Origin: Chthonomonadaceae bacterium
GTDB taxonomy: Bacteria; Armatimonadota; Chthonomonadetes; Chthonomonadales; Chthonomonadaceae
DNA length: 64,000 nucleotides
Assembly (NCBI GenBank): GCA_035650735.1
Contig: DASRGZ010000142.1
Span: 1 to 64,000 of the forward strand
Direction of reading: 5' to 3'
In this document: positions 8,355-17,514 of the stretch, piece after piece
How positions within the stretch are numbered: the stretch's first letter is position 1
Layout: every line of letters starts with the position of its first letter
Position numbers and translations under genes: made by a program
Notes under the pieces: model-generated
Told to the model about the DNA's origin: nothing
The model's input: only the letters and a program-made list of their open reading frames with translations
Database searches by the model: none

Positions 8355-10576
8355 TAAAGTTCGGACTATGGGGACAGCCCTCACCCCCGGCCCTTCTGGA
8401 CCTAACCCCCCGTCCCCCACTGCCAGGGTCGGCGCTCAACGGTTCGCGCCACTGCAAGGGACGCCGCTCAACGGTTCGCGGCTCTGTCTTGCGACACCTA
8501 GCGACCCCGCGAGGGAAGGAAGGGACCCAACTTGGGATGGTTGCGGCCCTCACCCCCAACCCCTCTCCCAATTCTAGGAGAGGGGAGAGGAGAAGCCTAG
8601 TTCTACCCTCCTCCCCGGCCCTTCTCCCTGCTAGGGAGAAGGGGTACCGAGGAAGCCGGGTCCCCCCCTTCCCTAGCGAGGTACGAGCGGGTAGGGTCGC
8701 TAGGTGTCGCAAGGCAGAGCCGCGAACCGTTGAGCGGCGTCCCTTGCAGTGGCGCGAACCGTTGAGCGCCGACCCTGGCAGTGGGGGACGGGGGGTTAGG
8801 TGCTCGAAGAGAGTTTCGCTCCGAGGCGTCTATGCCTTGTTGATAAGTATTCTGGTCGGCGTGGTGCTGGCGGGCTGCGCAACACGCCCGTCCGCGCCGA
8901 AGGCGTCCGCAGTCTCGGCGATCCGCTTCCAGGATGCCACCCGATCGGCGGGCTTGAACTGGACTCGCATGAACGGGGCCTTCGGCAAGAAGTGGTTTCC
9001 GGAGACGATGGGCGGGGGAGGGGCCTTCCTCGATTACGATAACGACGGCTGGCTCGATATCCTGCTCATCAACGGAGACTACTGGCCCGGCCATGCCCCT
9101 AAGGGCGCGCCCCGCCCGACGCTGGCCCTCTACCGCAACAACCACGACGGCACCTTCACCGACGTAACGGCAAAGGTAGGCCTCCATGTTCCGCTCTACG
9201 GCATGGGCGTGGCCGTCGGCGACTACGACAACGACGGCTATGAGGATCTATTCCTTACTGCCGTCGGGCGCAGCCGCCTGTATCATAACGCCTCTGACGG
9301 GCACGGCGGGCGTCGGTTCGTGGATGTGACCGCCGCCAGCGGCATCCAGGATACGGGCTGGTCTACCTCGGCAGCCTGGCTGGACTACGACGGGGACGGC
9401 AAGAGCGACCTGTTCGTCTGCCACTATGTCAAGTGGACGCCGCAGACCGACGTGTTCTGCGGCACGACCGCCAAAGCCTACTGCCGTCCGACCGTCTACA
9501 CCGGCGAGTCGTGCCGTCTCTATCATAATGAGGGCGGCGGGCGTTTTCGTGATGTTACCCGGCAGGCCGGAATGTACAACCCGGAGACGAAAGGGCTGGC
9601 CGTCTGCGTCTGCGATTTCGACCGGGATGGCCGCCCCGACCTGGTCGTCGCCAACGATATGGAGCCGACGTTCGTCTATCGGAACAACGGCAACGGCACC
9701 TTTCGCGAGATCGGCGTGACGACGGGCCTGGCTTACGATAAGGCGGGGCATGAGCGCGCGGGGATGGGCATTGACGCGGCAGACTATAAGAATAACGGCA
9801 CGCTGGGCATCGCCATCGGCGACTTCAGCTTTGAGGGCATGGCCTTCTATGAGGTCGGCGGCCCGCCGCCCTACCTCGACCGCGCGCAGCAGGCGGGCGT
9901 CTTTCAGGCGAGCTATCTTTACGTCACCTTTGGCGTCCTGTTTGCCGACTTCGATAACGACGGCTGGCCGGACCTGTTCGCCACCAACGGCGATATTGAG
10001 GATTCCATCTCCCGTGCCTTCCCGGAGCAGAGCTATCCGCAGCCCAACCTCCTATGGCGCAATAACGGCGCGGGCGTTTTTGTGGATGTCTCCCGGCAGG
10101 CGGGCACGGCGGTCATCGAGCCGCTGGTGGGGCGCGGGGCCTGCGTGGGCGACTACGATAACGACGGCAGGCCGGATGTGCTGCTCATTCCCAATATCGG
10201 CCCGCCGCGCCTGCTCCACAATGAAACCCAGGGCGGCAATCACTGGCTGAAACTGCGGCTCGTCGGGACGAAGAGCAATCGAGACGGTTTCGGAAGCCTG
10301 GTCTCCGTCACGGCGGGAGGAATCACGCGGACAGGCTACGTGCATAGCGGCTCCAGTTACCTGTCGGCCAGCGACCCGACGCTCTATTTCGGGCTGGGAG
10401 CCAGTGCGCAGGTGAGCCGCATCACGGTGCGCTGGCCGGACGGCGCGGAGGAGACCTGGGGGCCGCTTGCCGCAAATCAGGCGCTCACGCTGACGGAAGG
10501 CCAATCGCGCGGGGCCGGCCTGTCTTCCGCAGGGAGCGGGATGGATACGGCAGGCGCGGCGCTGGGCAAGCGTTGA
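8351..10576 (+). CDS. CRTAC1-family lipoprotein (FG-GAP/VCBS repeats + ASPIC/UnbV); start uncertain
   Basis: Repeated DYDNDG.LD motifs, lipobox LAGC, C-terminal SYLSAS...FGLG...VRWP. The 5' part runs through a palindromic array. Confidence 0.85.
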   Translation: MIKFGLWGQPSPPALLDLTPRPPLPGSALNGSRHCKGRRSTVRGSVLRHLATPRGKEGTQLGMVAALTPNPSPNSRRGERRSLVLPSSPALLPAREKGYRGSRVPPFPSEVRAGRVARCRKAEPRTVERRPLQWREPLSADPGSGGRGVRCSKRVSLRGVYALLISILVGVVLAGCATRPSAPKASAVSAIRFQDATRSAGLNWTRMNGAFGKKWFPETMGGGGAFLDYDNDGWLDILLINGDYWPGHAPKGAPRPTLALYRNNHDGTFTDVTAKVGLHVPLYGMGVAVGDYDNDGYEDLFLTAVGRSRLYHNASDGHGGRRFVDVTAASGIQDTGWSTSAAWLDYDGDGKSDLFVCHYVKWTPQTDVFCGTTAKAYCRPTVYTGESCRLYHNEGGGRFRDVTRQAGMYNPETKGLAVCVCDFDRDGRPDLVVANDMEPTFVYRNNGNGTFREIGVTTGLAYDKAGHERAGMGIDAADYKNNGTLGIAIGDFSFEGMAFYEVGGPPPYLDRAQQAGVFQASYLYVTFGVLFADFDNDGWPDLFATNGDIEDSISRAFPEQSYPQPNLLWRNNGAGVFVDVSRQAGTAVIEPLVGRGACVGDYDNDGRPDVLLIPNIGPPRLLHNETQGGNHWLKLRLVGTKSNRDGFGSLVSVTAGGITRTGYVHSGSSYLSASDPTLYFGLGASAQVSRITVRWPDGAEETWGPLAANQALTLTEGQSRGAGLSSAGSGMDTAGAALGKR
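8376..8800. repeat. Large composite palindrome with ~105-bp inverted arms
   Basis: About 8401-8507 is the near-exact reverse complement of about 8694-8800; REP-like modules lie between. Confidence 0.85.
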
Positions 10577-10586
10577 GCGGAGGGAG

Positions 10587-12026
10587 TTGGTAGTAGTGAT
10601 AGAGACAAAGCGACCGGAAGAGAAACCCCATCCGCCCGCCCAAAGCCGCCGTCACCGCCGCGCTCTTGCAGCCGGGGTGGGGGTGATCGGGGCGGCCGTG
10701 CTCCTGACAGGCGGCCTGCTCTGGCTGGCGTGGGGAGGCTCGAACCTCTCGGCCTCCAATCCCCCGCGAGGCGGTTCGACAAGGAACCCTGACCTGGACG
10801 CGAAGAGAGGTGGTTCGAACCTCCCGACGTCCATTCCCGGACTGCCTGCGGCAAGCCAGGCGGCTGCAAGCCGCGTGCCGCCTGCCGGAACCGCCGCTTC
10901 GCTTCCCTTCCTCCCGGCAAGCCGACCAGCATCGCCCGTGGAAAGGCCGCCGAACCCGGAATGCACGGTGGCGCTCAGACAGGGATTGGCGGCATTGCAG
11001 CGGGAAGGTTTGCCTGCGGCCACCCGCGCGTTTGAACGCGCCGTCAAGGCCGATCCGAGTTCAGCGCTGGCGCGCGACTATCTGGGAATGGCCTACCTCC
11101 AGCAGCATCGGCTGTCGGAGGCGTCGCGCCAGTTCCGGGAAGAGATACGCCTGGAACCGACATCGGCTAACGGCTGGGCGCGTCTAGCCGATGTCGCCAT
11201 GGCGCAGGAAAAGCTCACAGACGCTGTGCAGGCGCTGGAGAAAGCGGTCGCCCTCAGCCCCGATACCGCCCAACTCTATTTTAATCTGGGGATGCTCTAC
11301 CCGCGCATGATGGAGCTTGGGAAGGCCGTCGAAGCCCTGCAGCGCTGCCTCGCCCTCCAACCGGAAAACCACTACGCGCACTATCTGCTCGGAAACCTGC
11401 TCTACAAGCTGACTCGCCTGGATGAGGCCGAGCAGGAGCTTCAGGAGGCGATCCGCCTGGAGCCGCGCTCAGGACTCTATCATTTCGGGCTGGCACAGGT
11501 CTTCCTGAAGCGCGAGTCCACGCCGGAGAATACGGAGCGGGCGCGGGCGGAACTGGCGCGCGCGTTGGAACTGGGGATGCCGGAGCCTGCCGCCGTGCAC
11601 TACCACCTCGGTATCTGCTATCAGCGGCAGGAGAAGTGGGAGCTTGCGCGGCAGGAGCTGGAGACGTCGGTGCGGCTCGCCCCGAAAGCCTGGTCCGCCT
11701 ACTATGCGTTGCAGGAGGTCTTGCGGCGATTGGGACGCGTCGAGGAGGCGGGCCACGTCCAGGCGCGTTTCCGCGCCCTCCGCGCCAAAGAGGATGCCCG
11801 GATGCAGCACGATTTCTATATTCAGGAGGCGCAGCGCAATCCCAACAGCCCGAGCGCCCACTTCCAATTGGCGGAGTTCCTGGCGAGAACGGGCGACCGT
11901 GCACGGGCACGGGAGGAGTTGGCGCGGGCAAAGCGACTGGCGGCAGGCAGGCGCGATTCAGAGGCGCTACAGCGGCGCTTCGCGGCCCTCGCGCAGCGAC
12001 TCCAACAAAACGGGGGCGGCAAGTGA
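10587..12026 (+). CDS. Membrane-anchored TPR protein
   Basis: TM segment, Pro/Ser linker, then multiple canonical TPRs (A.YYLG....LG...EA...A..L.P). Start codon uncertain. Confidence 0.85.
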   Translation: MVVVIETKRPEEKPHPPAQSRRHRRALAAGVGVIGAAVLLTGGLLWLAWGGSNLSASNPPRGGSTRNPDLDAKRGGSNLPTSIPGLPAASQAAASRVPPAGTAASLPFLPASRPASPVERPPNPECTVALRQGLAALQREGLPAATRAFERAVKADPSSALARDYLGMAYLQQHRLSEASRQFREEIRLEPTSANGWARLADVAMAQEKLTDAVQALEKAVALSPDTAQLYFNLGMLYPRMMELGKAVEALQRCLALQPENHYAHYLLGNLLYKLTRLDEAEQELQEAIRLEPRSGLYHFGLAQVFLKRESTPENTERARAELARALELGMPEPAAVHYHLGICYQRQEKWELARQELETSVRLAPKAWSAYYALQEVLRRLGRVEEAGHVQARFRALRAKEDARMQHDFYIQEAQRNPNSPSAHFQLAEFLARTGDRARAREELARAKRLAAGRRDSEALQRRFAALAQRLQQNGGGK

Positions 12027-13768
12027 GGCCGATACGACGCTTCTGGGGCCTAGTTCTCCTGCTGGCGCTGCTGCCGCTCGGTTGCGCGCCGAAGCTGGCG
12101 GCAAGCAAAGCGGCAGGACAACCCACGGCCCATACGACGCAGGAGATACGCTTTGTGGACGTGACCGAGAAGGCTGGCATCCATTTTCGGCACGTCAACG
12201 GCGCGTCCGGACGCAAGTACTACCCGGAGACGTTCGGCTCCGGCTGCGTCTTCCTGGACTACGATGGGGATGGCTGGCTGGACATCTTCCTGGTCAATTC
12301 CGGGCCGCTGCCAGGCTACAAAGCCGAGACGCCACCGACCTGCGCCCTCTACCATAACAACGGCAACGGAACCTTCACGGACGTGACCAAGCAGGCGGGC
12401 CTGGCCGTGCCGATGTACGGCATGGGCGCGTGCGCCGGGGATTATGACAACGACGGCCACGAAGACCTCTATGTGACGGCGGCGCTCGGCCCCAGCCACC
12501 TCTACCATAACAACGGCAACGGGACGTTTACGGACGTGACCAAGCAGGCGGGCGTGGATAATGACAGTCGGTGGGGCACCAGCTGCGCCTGGCTGGATTA
12601 CGATAACGACGGCAAGCTCGATCTCTTCGTCTGCAACTACGTTCGCTATCGCCCGGAGGAGGATACGGTCTGCCACCAGGGCGACCTGCGGATCTACTGT
12701 GGCCCGCTCGTCTACAGCGCCGAAAGCTGCCGCCTCTATCATAACCTGGGGAACGGGCGGTTTCGGGATGTGACGCGCGAGGCGGGCCTCTACAACACGC
12801 GCGGCAAATCGCTCGGCGTGGCGGTCTGGGACTTCGACGGGGACGGCTATCCCGATATTATGGTCGCCAACGACCTGACCCCGAACTATCTCTTCCGCAA
12901 CAGGCGCAACGGCACGTTTCAGGAGGTCGGCGAGGAGGCCGGCGTCGCCTACGGCAGCGACGGCACGGCCCGTTCGGGCATGGGCATAGATGTCGCCGAT
13001 ACCCGCAACGACGGCAAGTGCGCGATCCTCGTCAGCAATTTCGCCCGCGAGCCGAACTCCTACTTTACTCAGTGGCAGGCGCCGTTCTCGTTCTCCGACC
13101 GGGCGTTTGAGGTCGGCATGGGCGAGGTGAGCTTGCAGCCGCTCGGCTTCGGCCTCTTTTTCTTCGATTACGACAACGACGGCTGGCAGGATGCCTTCGT
13201 GACTAACGGCCATATTCAGCCGGACGTCGCCCGCTACGAGCCGGGACAGACCTACGCGCAGCCGCCGCTTCTGTTCCATAATCGCGGCGACGGGACGTTC
13301 CAGGAGGTCGGCAGGCAGATGGGTGGGCCGCTACAAGAGCCGATGGTGGGACGGGGCGCGGCCTACGGCGATTACGACAACGACGGCCACCTGGATATTC
13401 TGGTCACCAGCAACAACGGCCCGGCCCGACTCCTGCGCAACGAGGGCGGCAGCCGCAACGGCTGGCTCGAAATCCGGCTGGTCGGCGTAAAAAGCAACCG
13501 GGACGGCATCGGCGCGGAGGTGCGCGTGCGCGTTGGAGGCCGCACCCTGCGCGATCAGCGGCGCAGCGGGTCGAGCTATCTTTCCGGCAGCACCCCCTGG
13601 CTCCATTTCGGCCTGGGCAGTGCGGACGTTGCCGATGTCGTGGAAATCCGGTGGCCCAGCGGCGCGATAGATCGCCTGAATACCGTGCGCGCCAACCAGA
13701 GCCTTACCGTGACCGAGGGCAGCCATCCGGCTCCCGGCGATAGCCGCCTGACGAAAACGGAGCTATGA
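12023..13768 (+). CDS. CRTAC1-family lipoprotein (FG-GAP/VCBS + ASPIC/UnbV), second paralog
   Basis: GTG start overlaps the TPR stop (GTGA); lipobox-like PLGC; DYDNDG repeats; GSSYLS...HFGLG...IRWPSG. Confidence 0.9.
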   Translation: MRPIRRFWGLVLLLALLPLGCAPKLAASKAAGQPTAHTTQEIRFVDVTEKAGIHFRHVNGASGRKYYPETFGSGCVFLDYDGDGWLDIFLVNSGPLPGYKAETPPTCALYHNNGNGTFTDVTKQAGLAVPMYGMGACAGDYDNDGHEDLYVTAALGPSHLYHNNGNGTFTDVTKQAGVDNDSRWGTSCAWLDYDNDGKLDLFVCNYVRYRPEEDTVCHQGDLRIYCGPLVYSAESCRLYHNLGNGRFRDVTREAGLYNTRGKSLGVAVWDFDGDGYPDIMVANDLTPNYLFRNRRNGTFQEVGEEAGVAYGSDGTARSGMGIDVADTRNDGKCAILVSNFAREPNSYFTQWQAPFSFSDRAFEVGMGEVSLQPLGFGLFFFDYDNDGWQDAFVTNGHIQPDVARYEPGQTYAQPPLLFHNRGDGTFQEVGRQMGGPLQEPMVGRGAAYGDYDNDGHLDILVTSNNGPARLLRNEGGSRNGWLEIRLVGVKSNRDGIGAEVRVRVGGRTLRDQRRSGSSYLSGSTPWLHFGLGSADVADVVEIRWPSGAIDRLNTVRANQSLTVTEGSHPAPGDSRLTKTEL

Positions 13769-13799
13769 ATCGAGCCAGACATAGAACATACCCGGCTCT

Positions 13800-15509
13800 T
13801 TATGGCTTCACGGCATTCAGTCTCTGCTCTAACTGCTCCGCCAGCTTGAGGCGCTGCGCGTCCCAATCGCTGCCCCGCTGACTCCACGCCACGTCTCCTT
13901 TGGCCTCCGAGAACGCCGCAGGCACGCAGGCATCCGCGACGACGCGCGCCTCGGCTTGCAGTTCGTTCTGTTCCGCCAGCCAGAGGTATTCGTAGTCCTG
14001 TATCCCGCGACGGATGTTCTTGAGCCGGATGGAGGCGATTGGACCGGCGATGCCCCGGTCCTGGTCGGGAAAGACCGCGTCCTGGCCCGCGTAGATGAGC
14101 ACGCCATCGCCGTTATACTCGCCATCGTGGCCGAAGGTGACCGGGTCCACCCAGACGTTCTGCTCTCCGCGCGGGGCCTGCGAATTATGCCGCCAGTGGT
14201 TGGCGAACCAGTAGAACCAGAGCTCCACGCCGTACTTCCAGCAGGCCCAGGGCGTCACCCGTAAATCCACCGCCGGCGCCTCCGTCAGCCCGGTTCCCGC
14301 CGCCGGGCGATGCCCATTGTAGACCCACCAGCGCCGCCCTTTCGCCTTCTCCGCTTTCGCCCGCGCGATGTCGTACTGGTTGGTCACCGTACACCAGATG
14401 TCTATGGCGCCCTCCAGTTCGGGATGTGGGGCGTGCGTGATGAACATGGGAAGATTTCTGCCGGGGCCGGGGTTGGCGTGATGCAGCTGGCCGATAGAGC
14501 GAATCCAGGGCAGGCGGTCGGGCGGCGGCTCGTCGGTGATGTAGAGGAAGGTGATGGCGTTGGGCTTGATGCCGTTCAGCCAGGTCATAAAGGCGTCCGC
14601 CGTCGCGTGCGCCCTGTCTTCGCTCCACTCCGGCCCCATGCCGTAGAAGCTCGCCGGAAGAATAGAGTAGCCCACGCCCTCACCCGGCCCAACGTAGCCG
14701 CGTCCAGGGGTGAAGGCTTCGCCCGTAATTCGGTCACACTGTTCCTGGCCGGTGTTCGGTCGATAAGTATGCGTGAACTCTACCCGATGCCGATGCGCAA
14801 AGCGGTGGTAGCGCGCGACCAACGCCCTGTCCGGCGTGCCGTGCCGGGTCGCCACCTGCGCCTCGTCGAAATAGATCATGGCGTCAAAGTGCGTCTCGTC
14901 CGGCAGGACGAAGTCGAAGACGCGCAGCGAGACGGGTATCTCCTTGGCCACCTGGCCGCCCTCGCTTATCCGAATCGTCCCCTCGTATATGCCGGCAGGC
15001 ATATTCTCTTTGGGAATGGCGATGTCGAACCAAACGCCCTGGTTCTGGTTAGGGCCGATGTCAAAGGGCGCACCGCCCTGACCTCGCTTCGCATTGCAGG
15101 GCACGAGCGGGTCGGGAATCCAGCCGGTCGGATCGGGCGGAGCGGCGTCCCGGTTATAGAACCAACCGGGCGGCGACGGTTTGGCGATATGCAGGTAGTG
15201 CTGCGTGAACCGCTCGATCTGGCGGTCGCGGGTGTCGGTGGGATCGTCGGTTTCGGGGCGGAACACTAGCCGCGTGCCGCTCTCTCGATGAACCAGCTCC
15301 TCCAGGCGGACATCCACCTCCTTTGCCCCGTTCGGCCCGGCCTGCACGATAACCTGGAAGCCCAATATCTCGTTGCGCGCGCCAAAAAGCGAGACCTTCT
15401 GCCCGTCCCAGACGGAGTTCTGCGCGCGGTTGGGATTGGCAAGGTCGTCCCGTTTGACCTTTTCGCCATCATTTACCGCCCACACGTCCGCGATGCCCAA
15501 ATCGCCCAT
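13800..15509 (-). CDS. DUF4091-domain protein (GH123-like putative glycoside hydrolase)
   Basis: Motifs GARNE..FQ, YITDEP, NGDGVLIY, PIASIRLKNIRRGIQDYEYL; AGGAGG RBS before ATG 15509. Confidence 0.75.
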   Translation of the reverse strand: MGDLGIADVWAVNDGEKVKRDDLANPNRAQNSVWDGQKVSLFGARNEILGFQVIVQAGPNGAKEVDVRLEELVHRESGTRLVFRPETDDPTDTRDRQIERFTQHYLHIAKPSPPGWFYNRDAAPPDPTGWIPDPLVPCNAKRGQGGAPFDIGPNQNQGVWFDIAIPKENMPAGIYEGTIRISEGGQVAKEIPVSLRVFDFVLPDETHFDAMIYFDEAQVATRHGTPDRALVARYHRFAHRHRVEFTHTYRPNTGQEQCDRITGEAFTPGRGYVGPGEGVGYSILPASFYGMGPEWSEDRAHATADAFMTWLNGIKPNAITFLYITDEPPPDRLPWIRSIGQLHHANPGPGRNLPMFITHAPHPELEGAIDIWCTVTNQYDIARAKAEKAKGRRWWVYNGHRPAAGTGLTEAPAVDLRVTPWACWKYGVELWFYWFANHWRHNSQAPRGEQNVWVDPVTFGHDGEYNGDGVLIYAGQDAVFPDQDRGIAGPIASIRLKNIRRGIQDYEYLWLAEQNELQAEARVVADACVPAAFSEAKGDVAWSQRGSDWDAQRLKLAEQLEQRLNAVKP

Positions 15510-15633
15510 CCTCGGAACCTCCTGATTTATGCTGGTCTGGAGAGAGCATTCCCTGCCCGCCGACAGAAATCCTGCGCTTTCCGAGGCATACGGGCGCACC
15601 TGGCGGGGCGGAGGTTGCGTGCGGCGGCGCGGC

Positions 15634-15663
15634 TTGACGGGGCGCGGAACGAAGGGCTATAAT
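15634..15663 (+). promoter_or_regulatory. Sigma70-type promoter
   Basis: TTGACG-18 bp-TATAAT. Confidence 0.55.
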
Positions 15664-15706
15664 ACGGCGGTAGAAGAGTTAGGAGCGAAAAGCGCGAGGA
15701 CGCACG

Positions 15707-17326
15707 GTGACGGCAGAGCAGATACAGCAGCCCATATTCGATATGCTCATTCGCGGCGGCACCGTCCTGGATGGGACGGGCGCGGAGGCGTACCGCGCCG
15801 ACGTCGGCATCGTTGGAGAGCGCATCGCGGCGGTGGGCGATCTATCGCAGGCGAAGGCCGGGCGCGTTCTGGAGGCGGCGGGGCTGCGCGTGGCTCCGGG
15901 CTTCATTGATATTCATACTCACTCCGATATCTCCGTCACCTACGATCCCGGCCAGGCCAGCTCTGTGGCGATGGGCGTCACCACGCAGGTCACCGGCAAC
16001 TGCGGCCTCTCCCTGGGCTTTGCCACCGGCGCCGATGTCTTTGCCTTCGAGAAGCGCTGGCTGGCCCCGCACGGCGCGCGCATCACCTGGGCTACCTTCG
16101 ACGAGCACCTGCGCCTGATTGAAAGCAACGGCGTCGCCAACAACTACCTGCCGCTCGCGGGCCACGGCACGCTGCGCAAGCGCGTGATGGGGATGCAGGA
16201 GCGCGCTCCCGACCGGGCCGACATGGCGGCCATGCAGCATGAGCTGGAGGCGGCGCTAATGGCGGGCGCCTGGGGCCTCTCCTCCGGCCTGGAATATCCG
16301 CCCTCCTCCTATGCCAGCGAGGACGAATTGGCGGAGCTGTGCAAGGTCGTCGCAGTGCACGGCGGCATCTACGCCACACATCTGCGCAGCGAGGGCGATG
16401 GGCTGATCGAGGCGGTAGAGGAGGCCATCCGAATCGCCGAGCGCGCCGGCGTACCGCTCCAGCTTTCTCACCACAAGGCCGAGGGCCGCGCCAACTGGGG
16501 CAAGGTAAAGACCACGTTAGGCATGGTGGAGGCGGCGCGGGCGCGCGGCCTGGACGTGCAGCTGGATCAGTATCCGTATACGGCCTTTATGACCGGCCTG
16601 GGCATACAGACCCTGCCGCGCTGGGTCTTGAGCGGCACCACCGAGGAGACGGTCGCCCGCCTGTTGGACCCGGCGCAGCGCGCCGTCATCCTGGCCGAGA
16701 TTCGCGCCGCCCACCCGGACTGGGACGACCTTTCGGAGGCGTCGCCCTGGCATAACATCCAGATCGGCGTCTCTCGGGGCAAGCCTGAAATTCAGGGGCG
16801 CACCATTGCGGCGCTGGCGATAGAGGCGGGCCGCAACCCCATCGAATATGTGCTGGATCTGCTCGCGGAGACCGGCGGCTACGTCAGCGCCGTGAACTTT
16901 GCCATCGGCGAAGAGGATATCGTCGAGGTGATGCGCTATCCCTGGACCGCCATCGGCTCGGACGGCGCAGGCACGCATCCCGGCGGACCGGCCAGCGAAG
17001 ACAAAATCCACCCGCGCGCCTACGGCACGTTCCCGCGCGTCCTGGGCCGCTACGTGCGCGAGCGCGGCGTGCTGACCGAGGCGGAGGCCGTCTACAAGAT
17101 GACCGCGCTGCCCGCCGCCCGCCTCGGCCTGGCCGACAGAGGCCGAATCGCGCCCGGCTACTACGCCGATATTACCCTCTACGACCCGGCCCACGTTCTC
17201 GATTGCGCGACCTTCGACCATCCGCATCGGTTCGCCGCCGGCATCGAGGCGGTGCTGGTCAATGGGCGACTCGTCCTCGAAAACGGCTTGCCCAACGGCA
17301 TGCGGGCGGGGCGCGTCCTGCGCTAG
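15707..17326 (+). CDS. N-acyl-D-amino-acid deacylase (D-aminoacylase family amidohydrolase)
   Basis: APGFIDIHTHSD, GNCG, THLRSEG, SHHK, IGSDG, HPRAYGTFPRVLGRYVRE. Confidence 0.92.
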   Translation: MTAEQIQQPIFDMLIRGGTVLDGTGAEAYRADVGIVGERIAAVGDLSQAKAGRVLEAAGLRVAPGFIDIHTHSDISVTYDPGQASSVAMGVTTQVTGNCGLSLGFATGADVFAFEKRWLAPHGARITWATFDEHLRLIESNGVANNYLPLAGHGTLRKRVMGMQERAPDRADMAAMQHELEAALMAGAWGLSSGLEYPPSSYASEDELAELCKVVAVHGGIYATHLRSEGDGLIEAVEEAIRIAERAGVPLQLSHHKAEGRANWGKVKTTLGMVEAARARGLDVQLDQYPYTAFMTGLGIQTLPRWVLSGTTEETVARLLDPAQRAVILAEIRAAHPDWDDLSEASPWHNIQIGVSRGKPEIQGRTIAALAIEAGRNPIEYVLDLLAETGGYVSAVNFAIGEEDIVEVMRYPWTAIGSDGAGTHPGGPASEDKIHPRAYGTFPRVLGRYVRERGVLTEAEAVYKMTALPAARLGLADRGRIAPGYYADITLYDPAHVLDCATFDHPHRFAAGIEAVLVNGRLVLENGLPNGMRAGRVLR

Positions 17327-17337
17327 AAAAGCTTTCC

Positions 17338-17487
17338 AACAGGATGAACAGGATTTTGCAGGATTTACAGGATTAAAGCTAGAGACAGAGAAACAAGCAG
17401 GGCTTGTATGGGTTATAGACCAAGAAGCAGGGATTGGGTAGGTTTTGGAAATCCTGTTTAATCCTGTCTAATCCTGTTCATCCTGTT
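17338..17487. repeat. Inverted arrays of ~9-nt ACAGGATT units
   Basis: Four CAGGAT units at 17338-17374 and four ATCCTG units at 17450-17487. Confidence 0.85.
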
Positions 17488-17514
17488 GAGGTTTTTGGTT
17501 TTGAGGGAGTTCGT

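Noticed and set aside
6711..8420. Long antisense ORFs (also 1237-2439, 12050-13279, 44214-45710 alternate frame, 57797-59053, 59345-60676)
   Set aside because: Shadow frames of well-supported genes in GC-rich DNA, with no recognisable motifs.
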